Below are positions 34,582 through 44,835 of a DNA stretch of 64,000 nucleotides, in pieces (positions within the stretch are counted from its first letter, which is position 1; every line of letters starts with the position of its first letter). The DNA is from Escherichia phage AV122. The stretch lies in the sequence record OR352952.1. One strand, given 5' to 3'. Under the pieces are notes generated by a model. It was given only the letters and a program-made list of their open reading frames with translations. It had not been told where the DNA came from and did no database searches. The translations under genes and the position numbers were made by a program.

Positions 34582-37278
34582 TCAGCCAAACAGGAAGTCT
34601 AACGAAGCTTTTTCTTCATAGTCCATACCAGCCGATTCACACATGCCTGCAAGCGGTTTAACAAACGATTTTTGGAACAAAGTTGAGTAGTCAATCCAAG
34701 ACAGTACGTCAGAACGAATTTCTTTTGGAAGTTCTGTACCCGACGGCCAAGCAATGCATTTGTCACCAAATGGATTTCCTTCACGCAATGGAAGAACCAT
34801 TACTTTATTTCCATCCAAAATTGGAGCTACACCTAAACCGCTAACAGCTCGACGATAAGTTAGCACACCACGAATATGGAACGGACATTTAAATCCTGGC
34901 CAACCTTTATCATCATATTTCGCTATATCGTTCGCAGTTTTTACTTCAGCAATAACTTTATAGTCAAGTTGACGATATTCTTTCTCGAAGTTCTTGTAAT
35001 ATTCTTGGACAGACTCTTCACCTTCCTGAAGAATACGACGAATACTTTCTTCGAGAGCTTCTTGGACCGCTTTAGGCGTTGAACTCTGCTGAGTTTCCAT
35101 ACCCATGATTTTTAGATGCGGTTCAGCAAATCGCTTATCTTCCATATCATATACGTTCAGAGCATAACGCTTTTTCGCTTTCCAAAATCCACCAACGCCC
35201 TTTGAACCAAGTGGAGGGCAAGAAATAGCTTCACGGTCCATATGCATCAGATGCTCGCGGTTATTCATATAATCACATAACTCACGATATGCAACATCAA
35301 TCATAGGTTCCATCTTTTTCTTACCGAACTGATTCATAAATTCAACTAAATCGTTCTGCTCTTTGAATCGGTCAAGACCAACTTTTTCAATAACTTTATC
35401 TACGCAAACATATACCGAATCAGTATCACCTGCTGCAATGAAATCTTCGCCATTAGTTCCGCATACTTTATTCAGATATTCATTAATTTTACGAGCAATC
35501 CACTGAATACCAACTTGGCCGAAAATTGTGATAGCAGTAGCATTTCGCAAATCATAGTAACGGAAATGAATATTACCAAGAGCACCATAAAGACTGTTAA
35601 TAAGAATTTTACGGTTCAGCTGATTTGTATTAGCGAGTGTAGCTGCTTTTTCACATTCCTCAATCAGACTATTGAGAACAGATTCGGTGTAATTCGATAG
35701 TTCATTTAAGAAATCATCACTGAACTTAACATATCGTTCAACTTCTGGTTTAGTTGAACAAGACCCTGCGCCTTTCATAATAATCTTTTTAATAGCTTCG
35801 GCATTCATTTCTTCAGCGAACATTTTCTTTTTCCAGTCTTTACGCTGGAAAAATACTTTAGCGATTTCCTTTGGAATGATACCTTCTTGATGCTTATCAT
35901 ACATCCATCCATTCGGAGAACAAGAATATTCATCACTCGGTTTAGGAGCTGTTCCTGCGATATATTCATGAATTGGATGAACTTTAAACTGTCCACGAAT
36001 AGTCTCAGGACTAATGTTAACCTGACGAATAATGCTCGGATACAGAGACGTCAAGTCAAAACTCATAATATATCGACGAGCAATTGGTTTAGGTTCAAAC
36101 ACAAATGCACCCGGAAAACTCTGTTTAACGTGCGAACCTTGTTGAGGAATAACCTTGTGTTCACTTTTCAGTGAGTTAAAAATAATAGCATCCCAAGTTT
36201 TAATAGGACTCATTACACCAGAAAAAGGCATTTTAGCGTAATAAGACATACTTAAAACTAGATCGATAAACCCGCGAATTTTATCAATTGCTTGAACTGA
36301 TTCTACGTCAATGATGTTATAACTGATGTATCGTTGATGATTAGTCTCACGAAGTTTATTAATAGGACCGTCGTATGGTAATTTGCCCTTTTTGGTTTCA
36401 TGTTGAGCAACTGATTCCAAAGAGAATGACGGCAAATTAGTAAATGCGAATTTCTTGTACAAATCTAAATAATCAAGAATAGATACGCCATCAATAGAAT
36501 AAATTTCTTTGCTACCGTACACATTTTGAATTAGTTTAGATTTTACCCGACCGATTGGAGAGAAGCGTTTCATACTGCGTTCACCAAGAACCATTTTAAC
36601 GCGATTCATGATATACGGAACGTCAAATCCCTCAATATTCCAACCAGTAAAAATAGCAGGTCGTTTCTGTTCCCAGAGATTGATATATTCCATGAGCATA
36701 TCACGCTCATTATCGAATGGCATATAAATTACTCGGTCAAGAATTTCTTGAGGAACTTCATCACCACCTTCACAGTCGAGCTTAGCAGCTAACTTTGCAT
36801 CCCATTTTGATACTGAACCGTACATTGAATTCAACAAATCAAAGACGTAAAAACGATCGTCAATTGAATCGTAATGAGTGATAGCATCAATTTCATATTC
36901 TGCTTTCATTGGGTCAGGAAATTTATCACCAGTAACCTCAATGTCACAGTTAGCTACACGAACAAATTTTCGGTCATAAACAATTTCTGAACCATATGTA
37001 TCACTGATATAAGCGAGTTTAAAATCGTTCATACCGAGAGCTTCGAGACCGATGTCTTCCATTCGCTTCATCCAGTCTCGTGCATCTTTCATTGATGGAA
37101 ATTTTTGAGGAGCACAGTTTTTACCATAGATGTCTTTGTATTTTGACTCTTCCTTACAATGCCTAAACATAGTTGGAAGATATTCTACTTCACGAGTACG
37201 TTCCTTTCCGTTTTCATCAATATAACGTTCAACAATGTTATTTCCGACTGTTTCAATAGAGATATAAAATTCTTTCAT
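34582..37278 (-). CDS. 43: DNA polymerase (family B)
   Basis: 898 aa (same as T4 gp43); exonuclease and polymerase motifs (YGDTDS at ...AAGDTDSVYV). Confidence 0.93.
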   Translation of the reverse strand: MKEFYISIETVGNNIVERYIDENGKERTREVEYLPTMFRHCKEESKYKDIYGKNCAPQKFPSMKDARDWMKRMEDIGLEALGMNDFKLAYISDTYGSEIVYDRKFVRVANCDIEVTGDKFPDPMKAEYEIDAITHYDSIDDRFYVFDLLNSMYGSVSKWDAKLAAKLDCEGGDEVPQEILDRVIYMPFDNERDMLMEYINLWEQKRPAIFTGWNIEGFDVPYIMNRVKMVLGERSMKRFSPIGRVKSKLIQNVYGSKEIYSIDGVSILDYLDLYKKFAFTNLPSFSLESVAQHETKKGKLPYDGPINKLRETNHQRYISYNIIDVESVQAIDKIRGFIDLVLSMSYYAKMPFSGVMSPIKTWDAIIFNSLKSEHKVIPQQGSHVKQSFPGAFVFEPKPIARRYIMSFDLTSLYPSIIRQVNISPETIRGQFKVHPIHEYIAGTAPKPSDEYSCSPNGWMYDKHQEGIIPKEIAKVFFQRKDWKKKMFAEEMNAEAIKKIIMKGAGSCSTKPEVERYVKFSDDFLNELSNYTESVLNSLIEECEKAATLANTNQLNRKILINSLYGALGNIHFRYYDLRNATAITIFGQVGIQWIARKINEYLNKVCGTNGEDFIAAGDTDSVYVCVDKVIEKVGLDRFKEQNDLVEFMNQFGKKKMEPMIDVAYRELCDYMNNREHLMHMDREAISCPPLGSKGVGGFWKAKKRYALNVYDMEDKRFAEPHLKIMGMETQQSSTPKAVQEALEESIRRILQEGEESVQEYYKNFEKEYRQLDYKVIAEVKTANDIAKYDDKGWPGFKCPFHIRGVLTYRRAVSGLGVAPILDGNKVMVLPLREGNPFGDKCIAWPSGTELPKEIRSDVLSWIDYSTLFQKSFVKPLAGMCESAGMDYEEKASLDFLFG

Positions 37279-37336
37279 AGATATTCCTTAGTTTATAGCC
37301 CGAGTTATTAGGCTCTTGATATATTATACTCCAAAT

Positions 37337-37354
37337 AAGGGGCCGAAGCCCCTT
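37337..37354 (-). other. CUUCGG-tetraloop hairpin upstream of gene 43
   Basis: aaggggc-cgaa-gcccctt; followed by TATAAT-like element before gene 43 ATG. Confidence 0.45.
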
Positions 37355-37356
37355 GC

Positions 37357-37578
37357 TTAAATTAGTACTATTTGTCGGTGAAAAATTGTCATTCCATCTG
37401 CATTAATTGACTTAACGACTGCAGTAAAGTGTTTTTGTTCTGGGTGAATTAATTTTTGAAATTCTACCTGAAATTTTAGTTGAAGGTTTTCTGGTAAATC
37501 AAAAAGTGTTTCTGTTGCAGAAAGATTATATTTTTCTTTAAGAGACGCCATGTATTCTTGCGGAGTTATAGCAGTCAT
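37357..37578 (-). CDS. hypothetical protein (73 aa)
   Basis: Trimmed track ORF; small ORF between regA and 43. Confidence 0.45.
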   Translation of the reverse strand: MTAITPQEYMASLKEKYNLSATETLFDLPENLQLKFQVEFQKLIHPEQKHFTAVVKSINADGMTIFHRQIVLI

Positions 37579-37579
37579 A

Positions 37580-37948
37580 TTAATTACCAATCGTATATTT
37601 AGGAACGAGTTTCCATTCATGTTTTTGTTTAAAAGAAATAACTCGGAAGTTATTAGTTAAATCTTTCATAAAAGTTCTTTGACCAGGAACGATTTCAATC
37701 AGTCCCCAATCTTCTAACAGCCATGCAATCGAATCACGACGAACTTCATCTTCTTCTGTCATTTCAACCTGGCGACCATCCATACGAAGCATTTCTTTAA
37801 AATGAACGATATAGTATAGTCCTTTTTTCTGAAGAATATGACAGGACTGATACAGAACTTTATCTTTATTATTAGCAATTCCCATACGAGTCAAAGTTTC
37901 TTTTACTTTCAGAAAATCTTCAGGTTTTTTAAGAGTAATTTCAATCAT
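37580..37948 (-). CDS. regA: translational repressor RegA
   Basis: 122 aa (same as T4 RegA); in the 45-44-62-regA-43 cluster. Confidence 0.88.
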   Translation of the reverse strand: MIEITLKKPEDFLKVKETLTRMGIANNKDKVLYQSCHILQKKGLYYIVHFKEMLRMDGRQVEMTEEDEVRRDSIAWLLEDWGLIEIVPGQRTFMKDLTNNFRVISFKQKHEWKLVPKYTIGN

Positions 37949-37949
37949 T

Positions 37950-38513
37950 TTACCATTCCAATGCTAGTTTTTTGAGTTGTTTCTGTTCTTTTACGTTCTT
38001 AGTCACTTCTTTCAAAAAATCATCCGTGACTAAACCTTTTAGTTCTTTTAATACTAAAGGAAGTTTTCCATTTTTAGTAAGAATTGATTTATAGTTAATT
38101 GCATCATTTGTATTAACTTGATACCGTTTAGCAAGTAACTTAATAATCAATACTTCGGTGGAATCTTCAACCAGTTTTGCCCATTTACCATATCTTTTAC
38201 CACGAGGAACTGCAGCCATTAGATAATTAAAATGAGCTTCATCACTTAAGCCTGATCCAATTAAATTCATAGCATATACAGCTGGCATGCACTCTGGAAA
38301 TTGTGACAATGCATTTTCAACCATGAATTTTGAATAATCTTTTTGAACAATAGAGCATTTAGTTTTATTATTAATAGCTCCAATTATTTCAAAAAATTCA
38401 TTTTCAGCTTTTTCTTTAAAAGAATCAGCAGCGGATTGGACAGCTGTCCAATCTTTTGAATACCAAGCAACTTGATGCTCGTTTAATTGAATATCATCTT
38501 CAAATAAGCTCAT
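37950..38513 (-). CDS. 62: clamp-loader small subunit
   Basis: 187 aa (same as T4 gp62). Confidence 0.85.
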   Translation of the reverse strand: MSLFEDDIQLNEHQVAWYSKDWTAVQSAADSFKEKAENEFFEIIGAINNKTKCSIVQKDYSKFMVENALSQFPECMPAVYAMNLIGSGLSDEAHFNYLMAAVPRGKRYGKWAKLVEDSTEVLIIKLLAKRYQVNTNDAINYKSILTKNGKLPLVLKELKGLVTDDFLKEVTKNVKEQKQLKKLALEW

Positions 38514-38514
38514 A

Positions 38515-39474
38515 TCACTTCCACTGCATTTCGCATGCTAATTGAATGAAAAGATAAGCTAAATGCAATTCAGTATTAGCTGCAATACCATGATACTGAT
38601 TATTTTCGCCGACAATTTCGTACATACGAATAATACTCTGTGGAGTTACACGTGAATAGATTTCTTCGGCAAGTTTACCTACGAACCACGAATAATCGGC
38701 TGCATATTTTGGTGCTAAAGCTCTGAGTTGTTTAACATCTTTATTTTTGAGAGACTCAAGAACATCATCAATAGCACCACGATCGTTAGTAACCAGTGAT
38801 AAAATACCAGCATCCAAAACACCTTTAGATGAATAACTATCGAGCTCGCCAATAGTTTTACGAAAATCAGGAAAATTCTTTTTAACCAAAGCTGCTACAA
38901 CTTTCATATCAGCTATAGCAATTCCTTCATGCTTGCAGATTTCAGTCAATCGACGAATCATCTGCTTCATCATTTCAATTTTATCTTCATCGGTCGGTTG
39001 ACCGAATGTGATAACTCGGCAGCGTGACTGAAGTGGTTTAATAATACCATCAATATTGTTAGCAGTAATAATAATACTACAGTTTGAGCTGTAAGCTTCC
39101 ATAAAGGAACGAAGATGTCGCTGAGATTCTGCTAAACCTGAACGGTCAAATTCATCAATAACGATTACTTTTTGACGACCATCAAATGAAGCGGCGCTGG
39201 CAAAATTAGTCAAAGGACCACGAACGAAATCAATTTTACAATCTGACCCATTCACAAACATCATATCAGCATTTACATCATGACACAATGCTTTTGCTAC
39301 AGTTGTTTTACCTGTTCCTGGAGAAGGAGAATGAAGAATAATATGTGGAATCTTACCTTTACTTGTAATAGATTTAAAGGTTTCTTTATCAAAGGCGGGA
39401 AGAATACATTCATCGATAGTAGATGGACGATATTTCTGTTCAAGAATGTGTTCTTTTTCATTTACGGTAATCAT
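38515..39474 (-). CDS. 44: clamp-loader ATPase subunit (AAA+)
   Basis: 319 aa from ATG 39474 (track start is TTG 5 codons upstream); Walker [11 protein letters not shown], Walker B VIVIDEFD. Confidence 0.9.
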
Positions 39475-39508
39475 AATTTCCTCATTCAAGTTTTAGTGTA
39501 AATTATAA

Positions 39509-39522
39509 AGGGCCGAAGCCCT
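39509..39522 (-). other. CUUCGG-tetraloop hairpin between genes 45 and 44
   Basis: agggc-cgaa-gccct. Confidence 0.45.
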
Positions 39523-39525
39523 CTA

Positions 39526-40212
39526 TTAAAAATCGTGGGTGGAATCAGCTTCAAGAGCTACTACATAATTCGCATGTTCACCTTCAAATTTAGCAGCACC
39601 TTGTTTACCTTTTGCCCAAAGCAGAAGTTTATAATTTCCTGGTTGCATTTTCATATTTGCCATATTGATAATGAAATTAAATGTATTTTCACCATCGTAA
39701 TCACCAAGAGTCAAAGAATATTTAACACGGGTCAGAGCAGAATCTTCTACTTTATTAAAACCGTTAATTACGATTTTACCTTCTTTTACTGTGATAGCAA
39801 TTGTATCAATCTGCAGACCACGAGATACACGCAACAGTTGTTGAAGGTCTTCAGCTTTAATTTCAGTAACAACAGATGCTACCGGGAATGGAATTGGTTT
39901 ATTAGGAGCAACTACTGTACTCGGATCGGCTGCTGGCCAAAAAATTGTTGAACGGGCATCAGCAATTTTAATATTTCCATCTTCTGACTGGGAAATTTCT
40001 GCATCATCATTAACTAGAGACAGAATACCGAGAAAACCGTTCAAATCGTAAATTGCTACATCAAAATCAATAACGTCAGAAATATTTGCTTCCGCATAAG
40101 TTGTACCATTAACTGCGCGAGTCATAATAAATTGACCGGATTTAAGCATAATACCGGAGTTAATAGTAGCGAAATTTTTAAGCAGAGCAGTAGTATCTTT
40201 AGACAGTTTCAT
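39526..40212 (-). CDS. 45: sliding clamp
   Basis: 228 aa (same as T4 gp45). Confidence 0.9.
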   Translation of the reverse strand: MKLSKDTTALLKNFATINSGIMLKSGQFIMTRAVNGTTYAEANISDVIDFDVAIYDLNGFLGILSLVNDDAEISQSEDGNIKIADARSTIFWPAADPSTVVAPNKPIPFPVASVVTEIKAEDLQQLLRVSRGLQIDTIAITVKEGKIVINGFNKVEDSALTRVKYSLTLGDYDGENTFNFIINMANMKMQPGNYKLLLWAKGKQGAAKFEGEHANYVVALEADSTHDF

Positions 40213-40267
40213 GTAATTTCCTTCAATTCAAATGAGATTTAATTTTATAACTAATTTAATAAAGCAA

Positions 40268-40657
40268 TTAACGATTAAAATCAGCCGCAATTGTTTCCGC
40301 AACAATTTGAGCAGCAACAATTAGACGTTCATCTGCATTACCACAATAATCATCTTCAAGGCGTTCACCACATGAAGTCATAATAAATTTAGCACCGGCG
40401 TTTAGGGATTCTGTAGTATGTTTGCGCATTAGTTCAATCCATTTATTACTTACTTCACGATCGATAGCTTCATAATACGCATGACGAGCAGGTGCAGATT
40501 TAATTTTGTTCTGAATAACTTCCATTGCGTTATCAGAAAGAGACAAAACCCATGCGCGACGAATTTTATTTTGGTTTTGCGGATTTGAGTCAGAACGCAC
40601 GTGTTTTGGCTGAATATCTTTTACATCAACAGTATAATTCACAGTAATTTTAGTCAT
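40268..40657 (-). CDS. rpbA: RNA polymerase-binding protein RpbA
   Basis: 129 aa (same as T4 RpbA) between 45 and 46. Confidence 0.7.
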   Translation of the reverse strand: MTKITVNYTVDVKDIQPKHVRSDSNPQNQNKIRRAWVLSLSDNAMEVIQNKIKSAPARHAYYEAIDREVSNKWIELMRKHTTESLNAGAKFIMTSCGERLEDDYCGNADERLIVAAQIVAETIAADFNR

Positions 40658-40666
40658 AATACACCT

Positions 40667-40855
40667 TTAGTCATAATAATCAGTAACAGTCCAAGCTTCA
40701 TTTCTATTGGACATTATTTTTGTATATTCTGATTTAAATGCATTCCTAAGCATAGATTCAGTAACTATATGCTCTTCATTAGAAAAATTATTTCTCAGAA
40801 TATATCGTTTTATTTCCGGAATAGTTAATAGATGCTGTCCAGTTGAATATTCCAT
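40667..40855 (-). CDS. hypothetical protein
   Basis: 62-aa ORF. Confidence 0.5.
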   Translation of the reverse strand: MEYSTGQHLLTIPEIKRYILRNNFSNEEHIVTESMLRNAFKSEYTKIMSNRNEAWTVTDYYD

Positions 40856-40910
40856 GTTTTTCCTCCATAGAGATTATACTCTAATAAATTAAAGCATAAT
40901 CTCTTATAAA

Positions 40911-42593
40911 TTAAACCATTACAGTAAATCGACCAACTTTCTTCATTTGAAGATGCTGACCGTATTCTTGCGGGTCATGGTCTTTATGCGAAATTATAAA
41001 AACATTAGTGTTTTTCATTGAATTTATAATATTAGCTACACCTTTAATACCTTCAGCATCAAATGACCCGTCAAACACTTCATCGAGTATTAATGTACTA
41101 ATACTAACACCAGATACAATAGAAGCAATATCACGCCAAGTAAATAAAAGAGCAATATCAATTCGCGCTTTTTCACCTTCACTAAATGAAGCATAACTAA
41201 AATCTTCGCGACCGCGGGATTTAATTGTCTCATTAAATTCTTCATCTAATGTAAACACATAATCCGCTTCCATTATTTTAAGATAATGGTTAATCTGCTT
41301 ATTGAATAATGGAATGTACTTTTTAATAATAGCACCTTTAATACCAGAATCTTTGAGCATATCAGTCAAAATTCCTCTATGGTATTTTTCCATTACTAAA
41401 TTAGTTTTTGTCTTAACAATTTTATCAAGTTCTTCTTGAAGCAGTGCTATTTCATCAGCATGGTCAATAAACTCGGATGATGCTTTTTCTATAGCTGCTT
41501 TAACTTTTTTAGCTTTATCTACTGTCGTGATTAGAGATTGCTTTTTATTGCGAATATCATTTGCCAATGATTGTTGAGTTTTAATATTATCTCGGTATTC
41601 ATCAACAAGAACTTTTAAATTATCACGATGTGTTGAAAGCTGTTCAAATGAATGCGTACATTCAGAAACTTTATCTTTAATTTTAGAAACAACTTTATCA
41701 CCGGAACTTAATTGTGACAAACAGGTTGGACATAATCCACCTTCGTGATACATATTAATGACTTTATTATATGAGTCAATTTTTGATTTAATTAAAACTG
41801 CTTCTTGACCGATTTTATTAAATGCATCAGTCGGGTCTTCATCCAAAACAATATTAACTAATCTTTCATTAGCTTCTTCTATTTCCGATTTTAGCGTTCT
41901 AGCTTCTTTTGCCAAATCATCGTACATATTTTGCAGACGAGTAAGGTTGTCACCCGTTAATTTTTTCTGGCGTTCAACGTTATCATTATATATTTTAATT
42001 TGTTGGATAATACTATCTTTTTTAACATCAAGCACTTGGTTTTGTGAATTTAATTCACGTATTAGCGCTTTATTAAGCTTATCCATTTCAGCTAATGTTC
42101 CTACCTCAAGCAGGTCTTCCACAAGCTTTCTTCGTGCAGGGGTCGACAAACCCATGAAAGGGGTATACCCTGCTGTACCAAGGACAACAATCTGCTTGAA
42201 ACTGGCATATGACATTCCGATAAGCTGTTCAAATTCTGCTTGGAAATCTTTACTGCTGGCAGATTCATTAAGACGTGTACCGTTAACGGTGATTTCGAAA
42301 ACGTTTGGTTTTTGTCCTCTTTTGATATAGTACTTTTTCTCATCATATTCCATCCACAGTTCAACTAAAAGTTCTTTCTTATTTGTGCTGTTTATTAATT
42401 GACCTTTCTTTACATCACGAAATGGTTTGCCAAAAAGCCCAAATGTGATGGCTTCTAACATAGTAGACTTACCACCGCCATTTCGGCCAGTAATAAGAGT
42501 TTTTTGAACCTTATCTAATTGAATGTCAATAGGATTTCCACCTACTGACATTATATTTTGATACCTAACTCGGTTTAGTTTAAAATTCTTCAC
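40911..42593 (-). CDS. 46: recombination nuclease ATPase subunit (Rad50/SbcC-like)
   Basis: 560 aa (same as T4 gp46); Walker A GRNGGGKST, long coiled coil, signature/D-loop at C-terminus. Confidence 0.9.
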   Translation of the reverse strand: MKNFKLNRVRYQNIMSVGGNPIDIQLDKVQKTLITGRNGGGKSTMLEAITFGLFGKPFRDVKKGQLINSTNKKELLVELWMEYDEKKYYIKRGQKPNVFEITVNGTRLNESASSKDFQAEFEQLIGMSYASFKQIVVLGTAGYTPFMGLSTPARRKLVEDLLEVGTLAEMDKLNKALIRELNSQNQVLDVKKDSIIQQIKIYNDNVERQKKLTGDNLTRLQNMYDDLAKEARTLKSEIEEANERLVNIVLDEDPTDAFNKIGQEAVLIKSKIDSYNKVINMYHEGGLCPTCLSQLSSGDKVVSKIKDKVSECTHSFEQLSTHRDNLKVLVDEYRDNIKTQQSLANDIRNKKQSLITTVDKAKKVKAAIEKASSEFIDHADEIALLQEELDKIVKTKTNLVMEKYHRGILTDMLKDSGIKGAIIKKYIPLFNKQINHYLKIMEADYVFTLDEEFNETIKSRGREDFSYASFSEGEKARIDIALLFTWRDIASIVSGVSISTLILDEVFDGSFDAEGIKGVANIINSMKNTNVFIISHKDHDPQEYGQHLQMKKVGRFTVMV

Positions 42594-42853
42594 AAAAGAT
42601 TCCTTTTAATGTATCTTTTAGACCATTCTATCATATCATCATAATCTAAAAAGTATTCATCAAATTCAGCCATGCAAACAACACCTTGTACTGTTTTTGA
42701 TGTAATATAAATTATTCCAACATATCTGGAATCTTCTTCAGTATAATCAATATTTGCTATGAATTCATCATTAATGTCAAATGTCGAAAACTTCACAGTA
42801 TGCATCCTTAATACAAGATACAGCCATATCTCGTAATGATTTAGGTGTGTCAT
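42590..42853 (-). CDS. hypothetical protein
   Basis: 87-aa ORF overlapping next ORF; start uncertain. Confidence 0.45.
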   Translation of the reverse strand: MTHLNHYEIWLYLVLRMHTVKFSTFDINDEFIANIDYTEEDSRYVGIIYITSKTVQGVVCMAEFDEYFLDYDDMIEWSKRYIKRNLL

Positions 42854-43040
42854 TATCTAAAATGTTGAAGTTAAAAGATACAGCCCAGTCAGTGCAGACT
42901 GTAACCTTTTTAATACAATTATCTTCAACTTCTAGCGGTTCAAACCAATATTCAATAATTTCTTTATGCCCAATATCATCTTTTACTTCGCATTCAAAAT
43001 GCTGACTCATCATAACATTTTTAAATTCATCAAAAGTCAT
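42777..43040 (-). CDS. hypothetical protein
   Basis: 87-aa ORF, ATGA-type overlap with gene 47. Confidence 0.5.
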   Translation of the reverse strand: MTFDEFKNVMMSQHFECEVKDDIGHKEIIEYWFEPLEVEDNCIKKVTVCTDWAVSFNFNILDNDTPKSLRDMAVSCIKDAYCEVFDI

Positions 43041-44056
43041 TGTGTTGCCTCTACATATAGCTGATTCGCATATTGAATAAGTGCTTCACGGTCAGAATCA
43101 GTGATGTCTGGAATTGCATTAATGTATTCTTCCATCAACGTCTGAAGAGATTGAACTTCAACTTCTTCACTTTCATCTGACTCGACAGAGTTATCAATTT
43201 TTGACACAACTCGTAATGAATGCACAACTTTTTCTAGTTCAGATTCGAACTTCGTTAGATTTTTGTCTACTTCAGTTACTATAACACGTACTGATAGATT
43301 TGTAAAATCTTTATAGTCAATTTTTCCTTTAAATGGATAATGAATTCTACGATGCCAGGTAGTATTGTTTGGAATAAATTCCATTCGTTCTGTTTCTGTA
43401 TCAAACATCCAGAACCCACGAGGGTCATTCTCGTCACCTGCAGTTAGTGTCCATGGTGTCCCAATATATCTGACGTTAGCAGCCTCAGAGATAGTATGGA
43501 AGTGACCAGACCACACTTCTTTATAAGTCTTAAGGAAATCAGGTTCAAGACCGTGAGATTTCATTCCTTTATAAAAATAAAATCCATTCAGTTCCCAGTG
43601 ACCAACACAAAAAGAAGCAGATGAAGTTTTGATGTGTTCAAGAATTTCACCAGTATTTTCTTCACACATCCAAGGAATTAAATCAATTAAACATCCGTCA
43701 AAATCTACTGTAGTAGGCTTATCATATACTTTAACATTAGGATATTTAGCCAAAAGCTCAGTAGAGGCATTTGGATGCATTACATTTTTGTAGTGGAGAT
43801 CGTGATTTCCTACAATAGTATGTAATGTGATTCCAGCGTCATCAAGCATTTGAACTATTTCACGGGCAAACTCCATAGTTTTATGTGTGATTGCTTTTCG
43901 CACATCAAAAATATCACCGTATTGAATCCATACCGTAATTCCATTTTTCTTAGAATATTCTATCGCTTGCTTAATTCCATCAATTTGAATACCGCGAATC
44001 CACTCATCATCAGCTTTAACGCCTAAATGCCAATCACCCAAGTTTAGTATTTTCAT
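43037..44056 (-). CDS. 47: recombination nuclease subunit (Mre11/SbcD-like)
   Basis: 339 aa (same as T4 gp47); calcineurin-like phosphoesterase motifs GDWHLG, GNHD. Confidence 0.9.
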   Translation of the reverse strand: MKILNLGDWHLGVKADDEWIRGIQIDGIKQAIEYSKKNGITVWIQYGDIFDVRKAITHKTMEFAREIVQMLDDAGITLHTIVGNHDLHYKNVMHPNASTELLAKYPNVKVYDKPTTVDFDGCLIDLIPWMCEENTGEILEHIKTSSASFCVGHWELNGFYFYKGMKSHGLEPDFLKTYKEVWSGHFHTISEAANVRYIGTPWTLTAGDENDPRGFWMFDTETERMEFIPNNTTWHRRIHYPFKGKIDYKDFTNLSVRVIVTEVDKNLTKFESELEKVVHSLRVVSKIDNSVESDESEEVEVQSLQTLMEEYINAIPDITDSDREALIQYANQLYVEATQ

Positions 44057-44657
44057 GGTGTCTTTTCCATCCTAATTTAGCTGCTTTTGAAACCAGTTCT
44101 TTAATTTTTCCTTTTGTCCATTCAGGACCAGGAGGTTCATGACATAACATTTGCTTAACTCCGTTATTATACCATTTTTTACCTTTATTATGTGATGAAG
44201 CTTTAAATTTATTTGACCTTCCTTTTACATAACCTTCTGGAATATAAGGCAAAAAGGCAGATTTTCCTGTTAATGGATCATGTGAATGTATATTTCCTTT
44301 ACAATTATGAGAACCATATAATGGATGATTTTGTCCTTTATTATCTCTTCCAAATGAACCTTTTGGAGCAGCATATGACATATTAAAGAATAATGGATTT
44401 TTAACTGCATCATGCAATCGTTGATAATATAACTCGCATTTAATAGCTTCTTCACGCGTATCAAATTCAGCTAAAATGCATGAATCAAATAAGTGAGGAT
44501 TATCTGAAAGCTCTTTATTATAAATTTTCTTATACTTTTTAGATAAAACTGAACCATGATATCCAGCTAAATGCCTATCTAAAGACGTAGATCCAATATA
44601 AAAAGGAGGAAGTTTATCTCCGCTATATATTGTTAAATAAGTTATATATTTTTTCAT
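44034..44657 (-). CDS. GIY-YIG homing-endonuclease-like protein
   Basis: 207 aa; TIY...(8)...FYIGST...R...CILAEFDTREEAIKCE... parallels I-TevI GIY...YVGSA...CSILEEIPYEKDLIIERENFWIKE; also a G-x-NHP-x-YG motif as in Seg proteins. 3' end overlaps gene 47 start. Confidence 0.6.
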   Translation of the reverse strand: MKKYITYLTIYSGDKLPPFYIGSTSLDRHLAGYHGSVLSKKYKKIYNKELSDNPHLFDSCILAEFDTREEAIKCELYYQRLHDAVKNPLFFNMSYAAPKGSFGRDNKGQNHPLYGSHNCKGNIHSHDPLTGKSAFLPYIPEGYVKGRSNKFKASSHNKGKKWYNNGVKQMLCHEPPGPEWTKGKIKELVSKAAKLGWKRHHENTKLG

Positions 44658-44817
44658 ATATCAAGAACCGTCATTGAAATGCAAAATAAAATTATTGAAA
44701 TAAACCCATCTGGTGTGCTAAAGAACCCAATCCAACATGCTCTAGTGAATAGATAAAATGCAAGAAAAAGTATCACATATCCAAGAAATATCATTATATC
44801 AAACTCCGTATAAAGCT

Positions 44818-44835
44818 AAAGGGCCGAAGCCCTTT
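44818..44835 (-). other. CUUCGG-tetraloop hairpin overlapping a-gt stop
   Basis: aaagggc-cgaa-gcccttt. Confidence 0.45.
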
